Shown here: in pieces, positions 9,208 to 18,407 of the stretch
Layout of the letters: each line of letters begins with the position of its first letter
Position numbering within the stretch: position 1 is the first letter of the stretch
From: Patescibacteria group bacterium
GTDB lineage: Bacteria > Patescibacteriota > Microgenomatia > UBA8517
Length of the DNA: 64,000 nucleotides
Assembly (NCBI GenBank): GCA_036381415.1
Contig: DASVCV010000002.1
Location: 20,091 to 84,090 of the forward strand
Direction: 5' to 3'
Program-made: the position numbers and the translations under genes
The notes under the pieces: model-generated
Told to the model about the DNA's origin: nothing
Databases searched by the model: none
What the model saw: the letters and a program-made list of their open reading frames with translations, nothing else

Positions 9208-10222
9208 ATTTTAGCATGTCTATACCTTTATAGCCATATATTTTATTCCTATAGTTTATGTTTTTAAGTAATTTTTTACAGTCCCTAATTTTTTCTTTAT
9301 GTTTTAGATGTGGCTTTAAGAGTGTGGCAAAACGATAATTATCTATTTTTCGATCTAGGGTTAAAATCCAATAGTTATGGTTGTGTGAGTAACCATCTTT
9401 TCCTGTGTAGCCTTTTTTGACTCCTAGAAAGATTTTAGGATGAAACTTTCTTTTAGCTAGAAAATTAAATATTTGTTTAAGAATTGCTTTGTTATAGTTC
9501 CCAAGAGAAAATTTTGCAGACTTTTTATCTTTTGTAATGTAAAAACTACCCTCTGCGTCTATAAATCCTGCTAGTATGGATAGAAAAATTTCATTCTTTT
9601 TAAAAACCCAGCTGGGAAATTTTGAGTATTTTTTAAGTAGAAATTCGAAAGAGTTGTCTACACTACATTCAATCTGTTGTTTTCCTGTTTTGTAGGTTTT
9701 ACTTATCCAAATTCTTCCGTATGGAAACAGAAGCCTCTTAATTAATTTGATTTGTTCTGCATGAGTTGAGGCACAATCTATAAGAATTGTTTCACTATTT
9801 TTATACATTTTTCTTACTCTTAGATCACCTATTCTAAACCCAAGAATATATGCTTTTTCCTTTAGGTTTTCTGAAAACGGACGTCTTTTTGTAATAATGT
9901 GTGCTGCTGCTAAACTTTTTATGGGAAGATCATAATTTCTTATTTTTCTATCGATTGTGGAATACGCACACTTGTAAATTTTTGCAATTTTTCTACTAGA
10001 TAATTTTTGTTTAACATATAACTTTTTTAGTTCCTCTTTACTTATATTTGGTCCAGGTATTCCTGATGATCTTAGTGGAATTTCTAATTCTTTTGCTCTT
10101 ATTTCGATAGTTCTTACACTAAAACCTAATAGCTTTGATATTTTTAGTAGATTCCAGTGTTTGTTTATGTAGTAATTTTCTAATAGTTCTTTGGTTATAA
10201 TATTTCTTCTTTTTGTCGGCAT
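9149..10222 (-). CDS. Free-standing double-motif LAGLIDADG homing endonuclease with two N-terminal NUMOD1-like HTH modules.
   Basis: Two dodecapeptide motifs, AYILGFRIGDL and LAGFIDAEGSF, separated by about 90 aa. Two HTH-like repeats (LGFSVRTIEIRAKEL; SRKIAKIYKCAYSTIDRKIR). Very AT-rich compared with its neighbours. The 3' end overlaps the metG start by about 58 nt. Confidence 0.7.
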   Translation of the reverse strand: MPTKRRNIITKELLENYYINKHWNLLKISKLLGFSVRTIEIRAKELEIPLRSSGIPGPNISKEELKKLYVKQKLSSRKIAKIYKCAYSTIDRKIRNYDLPIKSLAAAHIITKRRPFSENLKEKAYILGFRIGDLRVRKMYKNSETILIDCASTHAEQIKLIKRLLFPYGRIWISKTYKTGKQQIECSVDNSFEFLLKKYSKFPSWVFKKNEIFLSILAGFIDAEGSFYITKDKKSAKFSLGNYNKAILKQIFNFLAKRKFHPKIFLGVKKGYTGKDGYSHNHNYWILTLDRKIDNYRFATLLKPHLKHKEKIRDCKKLLKNINYRNKIYGYKGIDMLKFAHEHKKHLLNNNTTVCQL

Positions 10223-10272
10223 AATTCATTATTGTCCAAAGATAAACCGAAGTCAAACATTTACCGAAGTTT

Positions 10273-10626
10273 TTATTTGCCTACAAATTTCTTAATTTTG
10301 TCTGCCCATTGGTTTGCCCACTCTTCTGCTTCAAGTTTTTTAATGGCTAACTCAAATCCTTTTTTCTTCATCATATTTGCAACATCTGCAATTGTTGCAG
10401 AGGATACCTTAAGGTTATTTTTAATATTGGTGTAGCTTCTTCCTTTTTTTAACCAATAGGCGACAGCTAATCTTTTTGAGAAACTTTCAAATTCTGCTTG
10501 GGTAAAAAAGTCTTGGAGGAACTGGTGTGATTCTTGGGGGGTCTTAATATCTGCAACTACCTGGGCTAAGGTTTTGCTGATTTGGTTTTTTAGAATGTCG
10601 TTTACTTTACTACTTGATACTCTCAT
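10273..10626 (-). CDS. TrpR-like YerC/YecD family DNA-binding protein.
   Basis: About 117 aa. The RLAVAYWLKKGRSYTNIKNNLKVSSATI stretch is the characteristic YerC/TrpR HTH region. Confidence 0.75.
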   Translation of the reverse strand: MRVSSSKVNDILKNQISKTLAQVVADIKTPQESHQFLQDFFTQAEFESFSKRLAVAYWLKKGRSYTNIKNNLKVSSATIADVANMMKKKGFELAIKKLEAEEWANQWADKIKKFVGK

Positions 10627-10635
10627 GCCATTGGA

Positions 10636-10977
10636 TTAGTGGCTAGTATACCAAAAGTAAAGTTCAAAGGCGAGGGCAGTAGCGGTAATTAAAATTAGGT
10701 TTACGATGTTTCCTACTCCAAAGTATCTAAGAATTATAAATAAAGTAATGGCAGCTGCTGTGATTAATCCACGTCTGACATTTATGAAAATAGTTGTGAG
10801 TGAGAAAAAAAGAGTTGCAAAAACAATGGTAAAAAAGACAGGTACTGCCCCAAAGGTGTCTGGGTCTACAAAGACTATTATTAGAAGGAGTGAAATCCAG
10901 AGAAAAAGAGTGATTGCAAGAAGGGGAAAAAAGTTTTTTCTTTTCCTTATTTGGTTTTTGCGAATCTCACGTCTCAT
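10636..10977 (-). CDS. Small membrane protein (3-4 TM), unknown function.
   Basis: Hydrophobic 113-aa ORF. No motif recognised. Confidence 0.4.
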   Translation of the reverse strand: MRREIRKNQIRKRKNFFPLLAITLFLWISLLLIIVFVDPDTFGAVPVFFTIVFATLFFSLTTIFINVRRGLITAAAITLFIILRYFGVGNIVNLILITATALAFELYFWYTSH

Positions 10978-10994
10978 TGTATACTCATTATACG

Positions 10995-11990
10995 ATGGAT
11001 CCCGTTATAGTTCTGGTATTAGTTGTTGGTGGAATACTGCTTTTAGGTCTTTGGATCAACAAAAGATTTATGGAGTTAAAAGAGAGCCAGAAGACTTCTC
11101 CAGAATTACTTCAGGTTATACAAATGCTACAGAACTCATCGACTGAGGACAGAAAAGTTTTGCTTGAGAACTTGCAGTCTAATACAAGAACTTTAAATGA
11201 CAGACTTGATAATGCTGCAAAAATTATTTCTTCAGTGCAGAGAAATATTGGAGAAATGAGTGAGATAGGAAGAAGTATGAAAGATTTGCAGCAATTTTTA
11301 CAGAGTCCAAAGTTAAGAGGAAATGTGGGAGAACAAGTTTTAAAAGAATTATTGGGACAAATGCTTCCTAAAGGATCATTTCACCTTCAGTATGCATTTA
11401 AGTCTGGTAATAAAGTGGATGCAGCAATCACAACAACAGCTGGTATTGTTCCAATTGATTCAAAGTTTCCAATGGAGAATTTTAGAAGAATGATGGGAGA
11501 TGGAAGTGAAGCAGAGAAAAAAGTATTTGCCAAACAGTTTGAAAAGGATGTGAGAATGCATATTGATGCCATATCTAAAAAATATATTTTGACTGATGAG
11601 GGGACTATTGATTATGCATTAATGTATATTCCTAGTGAAGCTGTTTATTATGAAATAGTCAATAACCCTGATCTTTTTGAGTATTCAAATAAAATGAGAA
11701 TACTTCCAGTTTCCCCTACTACTTTCTATGCATATATGAGAGCCATACTTATGAGTTTTGAGGGACAAAAAATAGAACAAAAGGCAAAAGAAATTCTTTC
11801 TTCAATTAGAGCGGTTCAAAAAGACTACACTAAAGTGGAAGATAATTTAGGAGTATTACAGAAACATTTAAATAGTGCATACAACAAAATGTCTGAAGTT
11901 TTTGTTTCATTTACACAACTGGGGCAAAAGATTTCAACAACTTCAAGTTTGGGTCAGGAAGTAAAAGAAAAAGATACCTTACTTCCCTAA
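10995..11990 (+). CDS. rmuC: DNA recombination protein RmuC.
   Basis: N-terminal TM, a long coiled coil and a C-terminal RILPVSPTTFYAYMRAIL (RmuC VSPTT motif). The likely true start is the MDPVIVLV Met, not the upstream M at 10914. Confidence 0.7.
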   Translation: MDPVIVLVLVVGGILLLGLWINKRFMELKESQKTSPELLQVIQMLQNSSTEDRKVLLENLQSNTRTLNDRLDNAAKIISSVQRNIGEMSEIGRSMKDLQQFLQSPKLRGNVGEQVLKELLGQMLPKGSFHLQYAFKSGNKVDAAITTTAGIVPIDSKFPMENFRRMMGDGSEAEKKVFAKQFEKDVRMHIDAISKKYILTDEGTIDYALMYIPSEAVYYEIVNNPDLFEYSNKMRILPVSPTTFYAYMRAILMSFEGQKIEQKAKEILSSIRAVQKDYTKVEDNLGVLQKHLNSAYNKMSEVFVSFTQLGQKISTTSSLGQEVKEKDTLLP

Positions 11991-12890
11991 TTCTTTTTCT
12001 ATAACTTCTGAACTTTTTTCTGGTTGGTAAGCAAATATATTGTGCCCTGAGTTTGGTATTTCTATAAAATCTGAAATTAAATTTTTTGTTGTAGTTTTTA
12101 GAAGATCGTTTCCACCGTAAATGAAAACTGTTTCATTTTTAACTTTAGGGAGTAATTTTGGAAGATCTTCTTCAATCTCTTTTTTGACATCAATGTCAGC
12201 TGATGTTTTTGGATCATTTTGGGACAGTAACTCTAGGGTTTTTTGTTTGGCTCTAGTACTTTCTTCACCTACATTTCCGTATACAATTGGAATTAAAAAT
12301 GTTTCTTTTCCAAAGCGAGTTGAGGCTAAATATCTTCGTATGCTAAGGGGTACTTTTTCAGCAATTTCTACCTGTGTACCTGTTACTTTGCCTGGGACTC
12401 CAACCAGAATTTGTTTTCCCTGAGTACAGTTCTTTGCTGATGCTCTGATTGCAACAATTGTCCCTAATGAAAAACTAATAATTGGTGATTTTTGCAAGTT
12501 ATTTTGTTGGATAAATTCACAAAGACTTTGGGCGAATAAATCAGTATTATGGATTTCTCCTTCAATTGCATCTGAGGCCCCATAACCGGGTAGGTCTATT
12601 AAATAAACTTTATAGTTCTTAGCAAGTTTTTCTTCCCAATGAGACCAAGGATTACTTAGAAGAGAGCCGTGTACCATAATTACTTCTGGGCCATTTCCAA
12701 TTACACGATAGCTTTGTTTTGTGCTTTTAAACTCAAAAGTTTGGTTATACGGTAGTTGTTGTCGTTTTTCGGGTAGAAAAGTGGACACAGATAAAACTAT
12801 CACTATAAAGATTATACAAGCAATAAAAAGGAGCCATTTTTTCCATCCTTTTTGGTGTGCTTCATAGTATAAATTAGATTGATTCTCCAC
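11979..12890 (-). CDS. Membrane-anchored alpha/beta-fold hydrolase.
   Basis: N-terminal TM, then VIMVHGSLLSNPWSHW...YKVYLIDLPGYGASD. A nucleophile elbow (SLGT) is plausible. Confidence 0.65.
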   Translation of the reverse strand: MENQSNLYYEAHQKGWKKWLLFIACIIFIVIVLSVSTFLPEKRQQLPYNQTFEFKSTKQSYRVIGNGPEVIMVHGSLLSNPWSHWEEKLAKNYKVYLIDLPGYGASDAIEGEIHNTDLFAQSLCEFIQQNNLQKSPIISFSLGTIVAIRASAKNCTQGKQILVGVPGKVTGTQVEIAEKVPLSIRRYLASTRFGKETFLIPIVYGNVGEESTRAKQKTLELLSQNDPKTSADIDVKKEIEEDLPKLLPKVKNETVFIYGGNDLLKTTTKNLISDFIEIPNSGHNIFAYQPEKSSEVIEKELGK

Positions 12891-12907
12891 TGTTATAATG
12901 TTAAAAC

Positions 12908-15814
12908 ATGATAGCTAATATGAACCAAAAACTCAACGAAGAACAACTTGAAGCAATTAAACATGGAGAAGGACCACTTCTTATTATTGCTGGAGCTGGA
13001 ACTGGAAAAACTACAGTAATTACTGAAAGGATTAAGCATTTAATTGAAAAGAAAGTTGCAGAGCCAAGTGAAATTTTAGGACTTACTTTTACAGAGAAAG
13101 CTGCACGTGAGATGGAAGAAAGAGTGGATGTAGCACTCCCCTATGGATATACCCAGATGTGGATTATGACATTTCATTCTTTTTGTGACAGGATTTTGCG
13201 GCGTGATGCACTTCATATTGGGTATGATCCAAAGTACAAACTAATGACTGAAGCTGAGACAGTGCAATTAGTGAGACGTAATCTTTTTAAATTTGATTTA
13301 AAGTATTTTAGACCTTTGGGAAATCCAACAAAATTTATAGGTGGAATGACACAGCATTTTTCCAGACTTCAGGATGAAAATATTTTGCCAAATGACTATA
13401 TAAAATGGGCAAAAGGAAAGATGCAAAAGAGTGAAAGTGAAGAAGAAAAGAAGGATGGAGAAAAGTGGCTGGAGCTAGCCAATGCTTATAAAGCATATGA
13501 GGAGTTAAAAGTTAAAGAAGGTGTAATGGATTTTGGGGATTTAATTGTTAAGACTATAAAACTTTTTAGAGAGAGACCTAATATCTTAAAAGAATATCAA
13601 AAACAATTTAAACATATTTTGATTGATGAATTTCAAGATACAAACTATGCACAAAACGAACTGGCACTTCTTTTATCTAAAACTTCCAAAAATATAACAG
13701 TGGTTGGGGATGATGATCAGTCAATTTATAGATTTAGAGGAGCAGCAGTATCTAATATTATTCAGTTTAGAAAGAATTTTCCTAAAGTAAAAATTGTAGT
13801 TTTAACTAAGAACTACCGTTCTACTCAAGAAATTCTTGATAAGTCATATGAGCTAATACAACACAATAATCCAGATAGGCTGGAAGCAATTGAGAATATA
13901 GATAAAAAACTTGGGTCTCAGAGAAAAACAAAAGGAGAAGATGTTGGTTTTATTCATGTAGATAGGGTGGAAAATGAAGCGGATGCTGTTGCTAAAAAAA
14001 TAAAAGAGTTAGCAAGGCAAGAAAAAAGAAAATATAGCGATTTTGCAATTTTAGTTAGGGCAAATAATCATGCAGAACCTTTTACAAGAGCATTGTCTAG
14101 AAATGGAGTGCCTTATCAGTTTTTAGGTCCTGGAAGACTTTTTAGACAATCTGAAATTGTAGATTTAATTGCTTATTTGAAAGTTTTATACAACTTTGAA
14201 GATTCTGTTTCAATGTATAGATTACTTTCTATTGAACACATTGATATAGAAGGAAGAGATTTGGCTGCAATTGGAAATTATGCGAGAAAATACAATTTAT
14301 CTTTGTTTGAAAGTGCTGAAAAGATAGATGATATTAAAGTAAGTGAGAAAACTAAAGAAAAGGTTAAAAAAATTGTTGATGTAATTAAGAAACACTTAAG
14401 ACTTGCAAGAAAGGAAAGTGCTGGACAGCTTCTTTATTATTTTTTGGAAGATACTGGCCTTCTTACTAAACTTTTGACTCCTAAAACAGTGGATGCTGAA
14501 AAGAAGGCTGCAAATATTTCTAAATTTTTTGATAAGTTAAAAACATATGAGGTAGACCATGAGGATGCAAGTGTAGCAAGTGTTGTTGATTGGATAGATT
14601 TGTCAATGGAGTTAGGAGAGTCACCTGTAGCTAATGATATGGATTGGACAGATGTGAATGCGGTCAACATTTTGACAGCTCATTCTTCTAAAGGACTGGA
14701 GTTTCCTGTTGTATTTTTAGTTAATCTTACCAGTGGACGCTTTCCTACAGTTGAGAGACGGGAACAGATTCCAATTCCGGAAGAGATTATAAAAGAGATA
14801 CTGCCAAAGGGTGATTATCATATGCAGGAGGAAAGAAGGCTTTTCTATGTGGGAATGACTAGGGCAAAAGACAGGCTGTTTTTTGCTGCGGCTAATTATT
14901 ATGGGGAAGGGAAAAGGGAGAAAAAGGTTTCACCTTTTATTTTTGAGGCATTAGGAGATGAGACAGTGGGAAGTGAAGAAGGACAACAGGGAGAACAATT
15001 ATCCTTTTTAGACTATGCAAACAAGGAAGAAAAAATTAAGAGCAAGGCAAATAAGTTTCATATTGATTACTTGTCCTACTCTCAGATTGAGACATTTAAA
15101 GTTTGTCCCCTTCACTACAAGTTAAGATATATTTATAAAGTTCCTACACCTACTTCTGCCAGTCAGAGTTTTGGAATATCTGTTCATGATGCTTTGAAAG
15201 ATTTTTATGCATCTATTAATGAGGGCCAAAAAGCAAGTAAAGATTTGCTTATTAACTTACTTGGCAAGAATTGGATAAGGGAAGGATTTAGTTCTAAAAA
15301 CCATGAAAGTAAGTTTTTAGAGAAAGCAAAAGAGTTTTTGAGCGAGTATTTTGAAAAAGAGTATAACAAGGAAAGAAAAACAGTGCTATTGGAGCAGCCA
15401 TTTACTGTTCCTTTAGAGAATGGGAATCCTAGTAGGCCACTTAAAATTGGAGGAAAGATAGATAGAGTGGATGAACTTGCTAATGGGAAAATAGAGATTA
15501 TTGATTACAAAACTGGAGCAAATGTGCCAACTCAAAAACAGGTGGACCATGATATGCAGCTAACTTTCTATGCTTTGGCTGCAACAATAATGAAGCAACC
15601 TCCTTTTGGGAAAAAGCCTGAGGATGTAAAACTTACTCTATATTATTTTGATAGCCATAAAAAGATTTCTACAGTTAGAACTGGAAGTGATTTAGAAAAG
15701 GCAAAGAAAGAAATATTTAAAATTAGAGAACAAATAGAGAAGTCTGATTTTACCTGTACTAATGGAATACTTTGCAGAAATTGTGAATATAAACTACTTT
15801 GTGCAGGAGAATAA
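12908..15814 (+). CDS. UvrD/PcrA-family superfamily 1 helicase fused to a C-terminal PD-(D/E)xK (RecB/Cas4-like) nuclease domain with a 4-Cys Fe-S cluster signature.
   Basis: Helicase motifs: AGAGTGKTT (Walker A), DEFQDTN, YRSTQEIL, TAHSSKGLEFPVVFL, VGMTRAKDRL. C-terminus: CPLHYK ... GKIDRVDEL ... EIIDYKTG ... C-x2-C-x5-C (CRNCEYKLLC). Confidence 0.8.
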   Translation: MIANMNQKLNEEQLEAIKHGEGPLLIIAGAGTGKTTVITERIKHLIEKKVAEPSEILGLTFTEKAAREMEERVDVALPYGYTQMWIMTFHSFCDRILRRDALHIGYDPKYKLMTEAETVQLVRRNLFKFDLKYFRPLGNPTKFIGGMTQHFSRLQDENILPNDYIKWAKGKMQKSESEEEKKDGEKWLELANAYKAYEELKVKEGVMDFGDLIVKTIKLFRERPNILKEYQKQFKHILIDEFQDTNYAQNELALLLSKTSKNITVVGDDDQSIYRFRGAAVSNIIQFRKNFPKVKIVVLTKNYRSTQEILDKSYELIQHNNPDRLEAIENIDKKLGSQRKTKGEDVGFIHVDRVENEADAVAKKIKELARQEKRKYSDFAILVRANNHAEPFTRALSRNGVPYQFLGPGRLFRQSEIVDLIAYLKVLYNFEDSVSMYRLLSIEHIDIEGRDLAAIGNYARKYNLSLFESAEKIDDIKVSEKTKEKVKKIVDVIKKHLRLARKESAGQLLYYFLEDTGLLTKLLTPKTVDAEKKAANISKFFDKLKTYEVDHEDASVASVVDWIDLSMELGESPVANDMDWTDVNAVNILTAHSSKGLEFPVVFLVNLTSGRFPTVERREQIPIPEEIIKEILPKGDYHMQEERRLFYVGMTRAKDRLFFAAANYYGEGKREKKVSPFIFEALGDETVGSEEGQQGEQLSFLDYANKEEKIKSKANKFHIDYLSYSQIETFKVCPLHYKLRYIYKVPTPTSASQSFGISVHDALKDFYASINEGQKASKDLLINLLGKNWIREGFSSKNHESKFLEKAKEFLSEYFEKEYNKERKTVLLEQPFTVPLENGNPSRPLKIGGKIDRVDELANGKIEIIDYKTGANVPTQKQVDHDMQLTFYALAATIMKQPPFGKKPEDVKLTLYYFDSHKKISTVRTGSDLEKAKKEIFKIREQIEKSDFTCTNGILCRNCEYKLLCAGE

Positions 15815-16075
15815 TTACTTAAAAGACATTATTAGAAGGCCAGATTTTTGAATATCAGATTGAGTCCAGAACTTTTGTTTTTTAGTATTTAAGACGAAAG
15901 TTATCTCTTTTTCTAATTTTCTACCAGTGTATTTTTTAGTTACCGGGTCATATTCTTCAAGAACTAAGATATCTCCTTTTTTACAACTAAAATTAGCAAG
16001 TCTGGCATCAAAGGTTTTTTTACCATCCAAAATTTCTTGAAAGAATGGCATCCAAGTTTTCTTCCTAATTTTCAT
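15815..16075 (-). CDS. ASCH-like / DUF3850 domain protein.
   Basis: 86 aa with the W-x-PFF-x-I-x-x-GKKTF-x-R ... GD-x-LVL-E ... YTGR pattern typical of DUF3850. Confidence 0.55.
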   Translation of the reverse strand: MKIRKKTWMPFFQEILDGKKTFDARLANFSCKKGDILVLEEYDPVTKKYTGRKLEKEITFVLNTKKQKFWTQSDIQKSGLLIMSFK

Positions 16076-16914
16076 AATTTGATTATACTATTTGTTTTTT
16101 TGAAACTTCCAGGATATTCAACTTCGTTTCCTCCAAACCCTTTTTTAAATTTAGTAAAACCTTTCCATGAGTTAAGAGGAAATCTTTCATCATAAATTCC
16201 ATCAAAATCAAATACTTTATGTTTACACTTCTTTCCTAAAAGTATCGCTTGCCAAGTTAGAAGAGTTGGTGCAAACAGTTTTCTTCCTAAACTATTGCTT
16301 GCAGCATACATATAATAAATAGTGTTATTGGTACTTAGAAGCAAAAGACCAGCAATTATTTTTTTGTTCTTTTTTGCAATTAGCGAGTCTGATTTATTTC
16401 CAAAAGCATCATAAATGGCAATTATGCTTTTCTTTTGAGAAAGAAATGGGAATCTTTTCCTTTCAAAATTTTCTCTCCAGAACTTTGCAAATTCATTTAT
16501 ATTTTTGGAGTGGGTAATTTCTACCCCTTTTTTCTTAGAGAGATTAATGTTGTATCTAGTTTTGGAAGACATATCTAAGAGTAGATTCTTTTCAGATTTT
16601 GTAAGATCAATTTGTATAGTTTTAGTTGGAAGAGAAAAAGATTTACCTTTTTTGAAGTTGTTTTTTAATAATAAATTATGAGAAGAGGAGAAGAACGGTA
16701 AATCTGGTTCAATAGTTGTTTGATATATTTTATATTTATTCTGTAAATATTTTATATCTTTAAGAATTAGTTTTTTAGGTCTTTGAACTTTTAATAAATA
16801 TCCAAGTAATGGAATTCTTTTTAAAAAATAATAATTACCATTAATTTTTTCTACTTTCCATCCAATAGATTTTAGATAGCTTGCCCATTCACTGGTTTGT
16901 CTTAAATCTTTCAT
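16072..16914 (-). CDS. FemAB/FemX-family peptidyl (aminoacyl-tRNA-dependent) transferase for peptidoglycan bridge formation.
   Basis: N-terminal region MKDLRQTSEWASYLKSIGWKV and overall about 280-aa GNAT-duplication architecture. Paralog of the 17471..18406 ORF. Confidence 0.6.
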   Translation of the reverse strand: MKDLRQTSEWASYLKSIGWKVEKINGNYYFLKRIPLLGYLLKVQRPKKLILKDIKYLQNKYKIYQTTIEPDLPFFSSSHNLLLKNNFKKGKSFSLPTKTIQIDLTKSEKNLLLDMSSKTRYNINLSKKKGVEITHSKNINEFAKFWRENFERKRFPFLSQKKSIIAIYDAFGNKSDSLIAKKNKKIIAGLLLLSTNNTIYYMYAASNSLGRKLFAPTLLTWQAILLGKKCKHKVFDFDGIYDERFPLNSWKGFTKFKKGFGGNEVEYPGSFKKTNSIIKL

Positions 16915-16946
16915 AATATGGTTAGCTATTATATTATATTAATAAG

Positions 16947-17474
16947 ATGAATAAGTTTTTGAAGTTTGTGCTTGGACTTTCAATTGTAGGAGTGGCTGCA
17001 GTTGTTTTAGTTCCTGTAATTTTTCTTTTGTTATATTTGTTTGTTTTTAAACCTGTAAAAATAGTTGGCTTGTCTATGGCTCCAAGCTATAAGAATGGAC
17101 AATACTATATGGTAAATAAGCTAGGTAGGAATAATATTTCAAGAGGAGATGTAATTATTTTTCGCGTACCACCAGAAGGTAAAAGTGATTACATACAGAG
17201 AGTTGTAGGTTTGCCTGGGGAAAAAGTAAAAATAGAGAAAGGGAAGGTTTATATAAATGGACAAGTGCTAAATGAGAGTTATCTTGATTCTGGTATTACT
17301 ACGAATTCAGGTACTTACTTAGAAGAAGGGAAGGAAGTTACAATTCCAGAAAATAAATATGTGACATTTGGAGACAACCGAGATCATAGTCTTGATTCAA
17401 GAATTTTTGGATTTCTTCCAAGGGAAAATGTTGTTGGTAAAGTGTGGTTTTGCTATTTTGCTTGCAGTCTTTAG
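16947..17474 (+). CDS. lepB: Signal peptidase I.
   Basis: N-terminal TM, then VGLSMAPSY (catalytic Ser box), RVVGLPGEKV and GDNRDHSLDSR boxes. Confidence 0.85.
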   Translation: MNKFLKFVLGLSIVGVAAVVLVPVIFLLLYLFVFKPVKIVGLSMAPSYKNGQYYMVNKLGRNNISRGDVIIFRVPPEGKSDYIQRVVGLPGEKVKIEKGKVYINGQVLNESYLDSGITTNSGTYLEEGKEVTIPENKYVTFGDNRDHSLDSRIFGFLPRENVVGKVWFCYFACSL

Positions 17475-18406
17475 AACTTCGGTTTAGATAAACCTGTTGA
17501 TGATTTTCCTTTTAAGTAAAACCATCTTGCTGTGTCAAATCCTTTATATAGATAGTAGAGAGGTTTGTTTATAATCAAATCCCAAGTTCCTACAAATTCA
17601 ACAACTTCTGGATTAAATCCTTCTTTAAACGGAGTAAAGCCTTTACCTGGTTCTCTTCCCCACATATCAAAAGTTTTTAATCCATTCTTTTTTCCAAATT
17701 TGATGGCCTCCCACATCATTAAATTGTTTGGCATTACATTTTTATATTTGTCTGAGCTTGCTCCATATGGATAATAAAGAAATTCTTTGTATGTAAATAG
17801 AACCCAGGTTGTAACTATTTCATTATTAAAAGATGCAGTTAATAGATGGGCAATGCCTGCAGGATGTAGTGTTTCCCACATTAGTCTGTGGTATTTTTCA
17901 TTATGAGCATAGAAGTTTTGTCGTTGAGTGGTTTGCCTTGTTAATTTGATATATTCATTAAAGGCTTTATCTGAGTTGTCTTCTTTGACTTCTACACCTT
18001 TTCTTTGAGCAAGGCGGATGTTGTACCTGGTTTTTGGCTTAAACGAGGAAAGAAGTTCATCTTCTTTTTTTGTTAGGTCTAGCCAAAATGTAGTTGGAGT
18101 AAAGAAGGTCTTTCCTTTAACACAATGATTTTGTTTTAGGAGATTAATTACGCTTTCATCTTTAAGGGTATTTGGTTCAAGTTTTATAAAAATTAGATTG
18201 CTCTTTTTTGCAAAATCTTTTAAGTACTCTAGCATCTCCTTGGTTGGAGTTGGGCCTTTTATAAACATCCCAAGCTTATATTTAGTAAGAGGAATTTTGT
18301 GAAGAGTAAGGGTGCCGTATTTGGTCTCTACTACTTCATTCCCCCATTTTTTTCTAAATAAGCTCCATGCAGGAGATTGGAGAGGATGTTGAGATGGAAC
18401 TTTCAT
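17471..18406 (-). CDS. FemAB/FemX-family peptidoglycan bridge-forming transferase (second paralog).
   Basis: MKVPSQHPLQSPAWSLFRKKWGNEV N-terminus and overall similarity to the 16072..16914 ORF. Confidence 0.6.
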   Translation of the reverse strand: MKVPSQHPLQSPAWSLFRKKWGNEVVETKYGTLTLHKIPLTKYKLGMFIKGPTPTKEMLEYLKDFAKKSNLIFIKLEPNTLKDESVINLLKQNHCVKGKTFFTPTTFWLDLTKKEDELLSSFKPKTRYNIRLAQRKGVEVKEDNSDKAFNEYIKLTRQTTQRQNFYAHNEKYHRLMWETLHPAGIAHLLTASFNNEIVTTWVLFTYKEFLYYPYGASSDKYKNVMPNNLMMWEAIKFGKKNGLKTFDMWGREPGKGFTPFKEGFNPEVVEFVGTWDLIINKPLYYLYKGFDTARWFYLKGKSSTGLSKPKF

Positions 18407-18407
18407 T

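Noticed and set aside
10232-10435. 67-aa plus-strand ORF and the 10706..11146 ORF overlapping the yerC and small-membrane-protein genes.
   Set aside because: Antisense to conserved genes (YerC/TrpR-like motif on the minus strand). No features.
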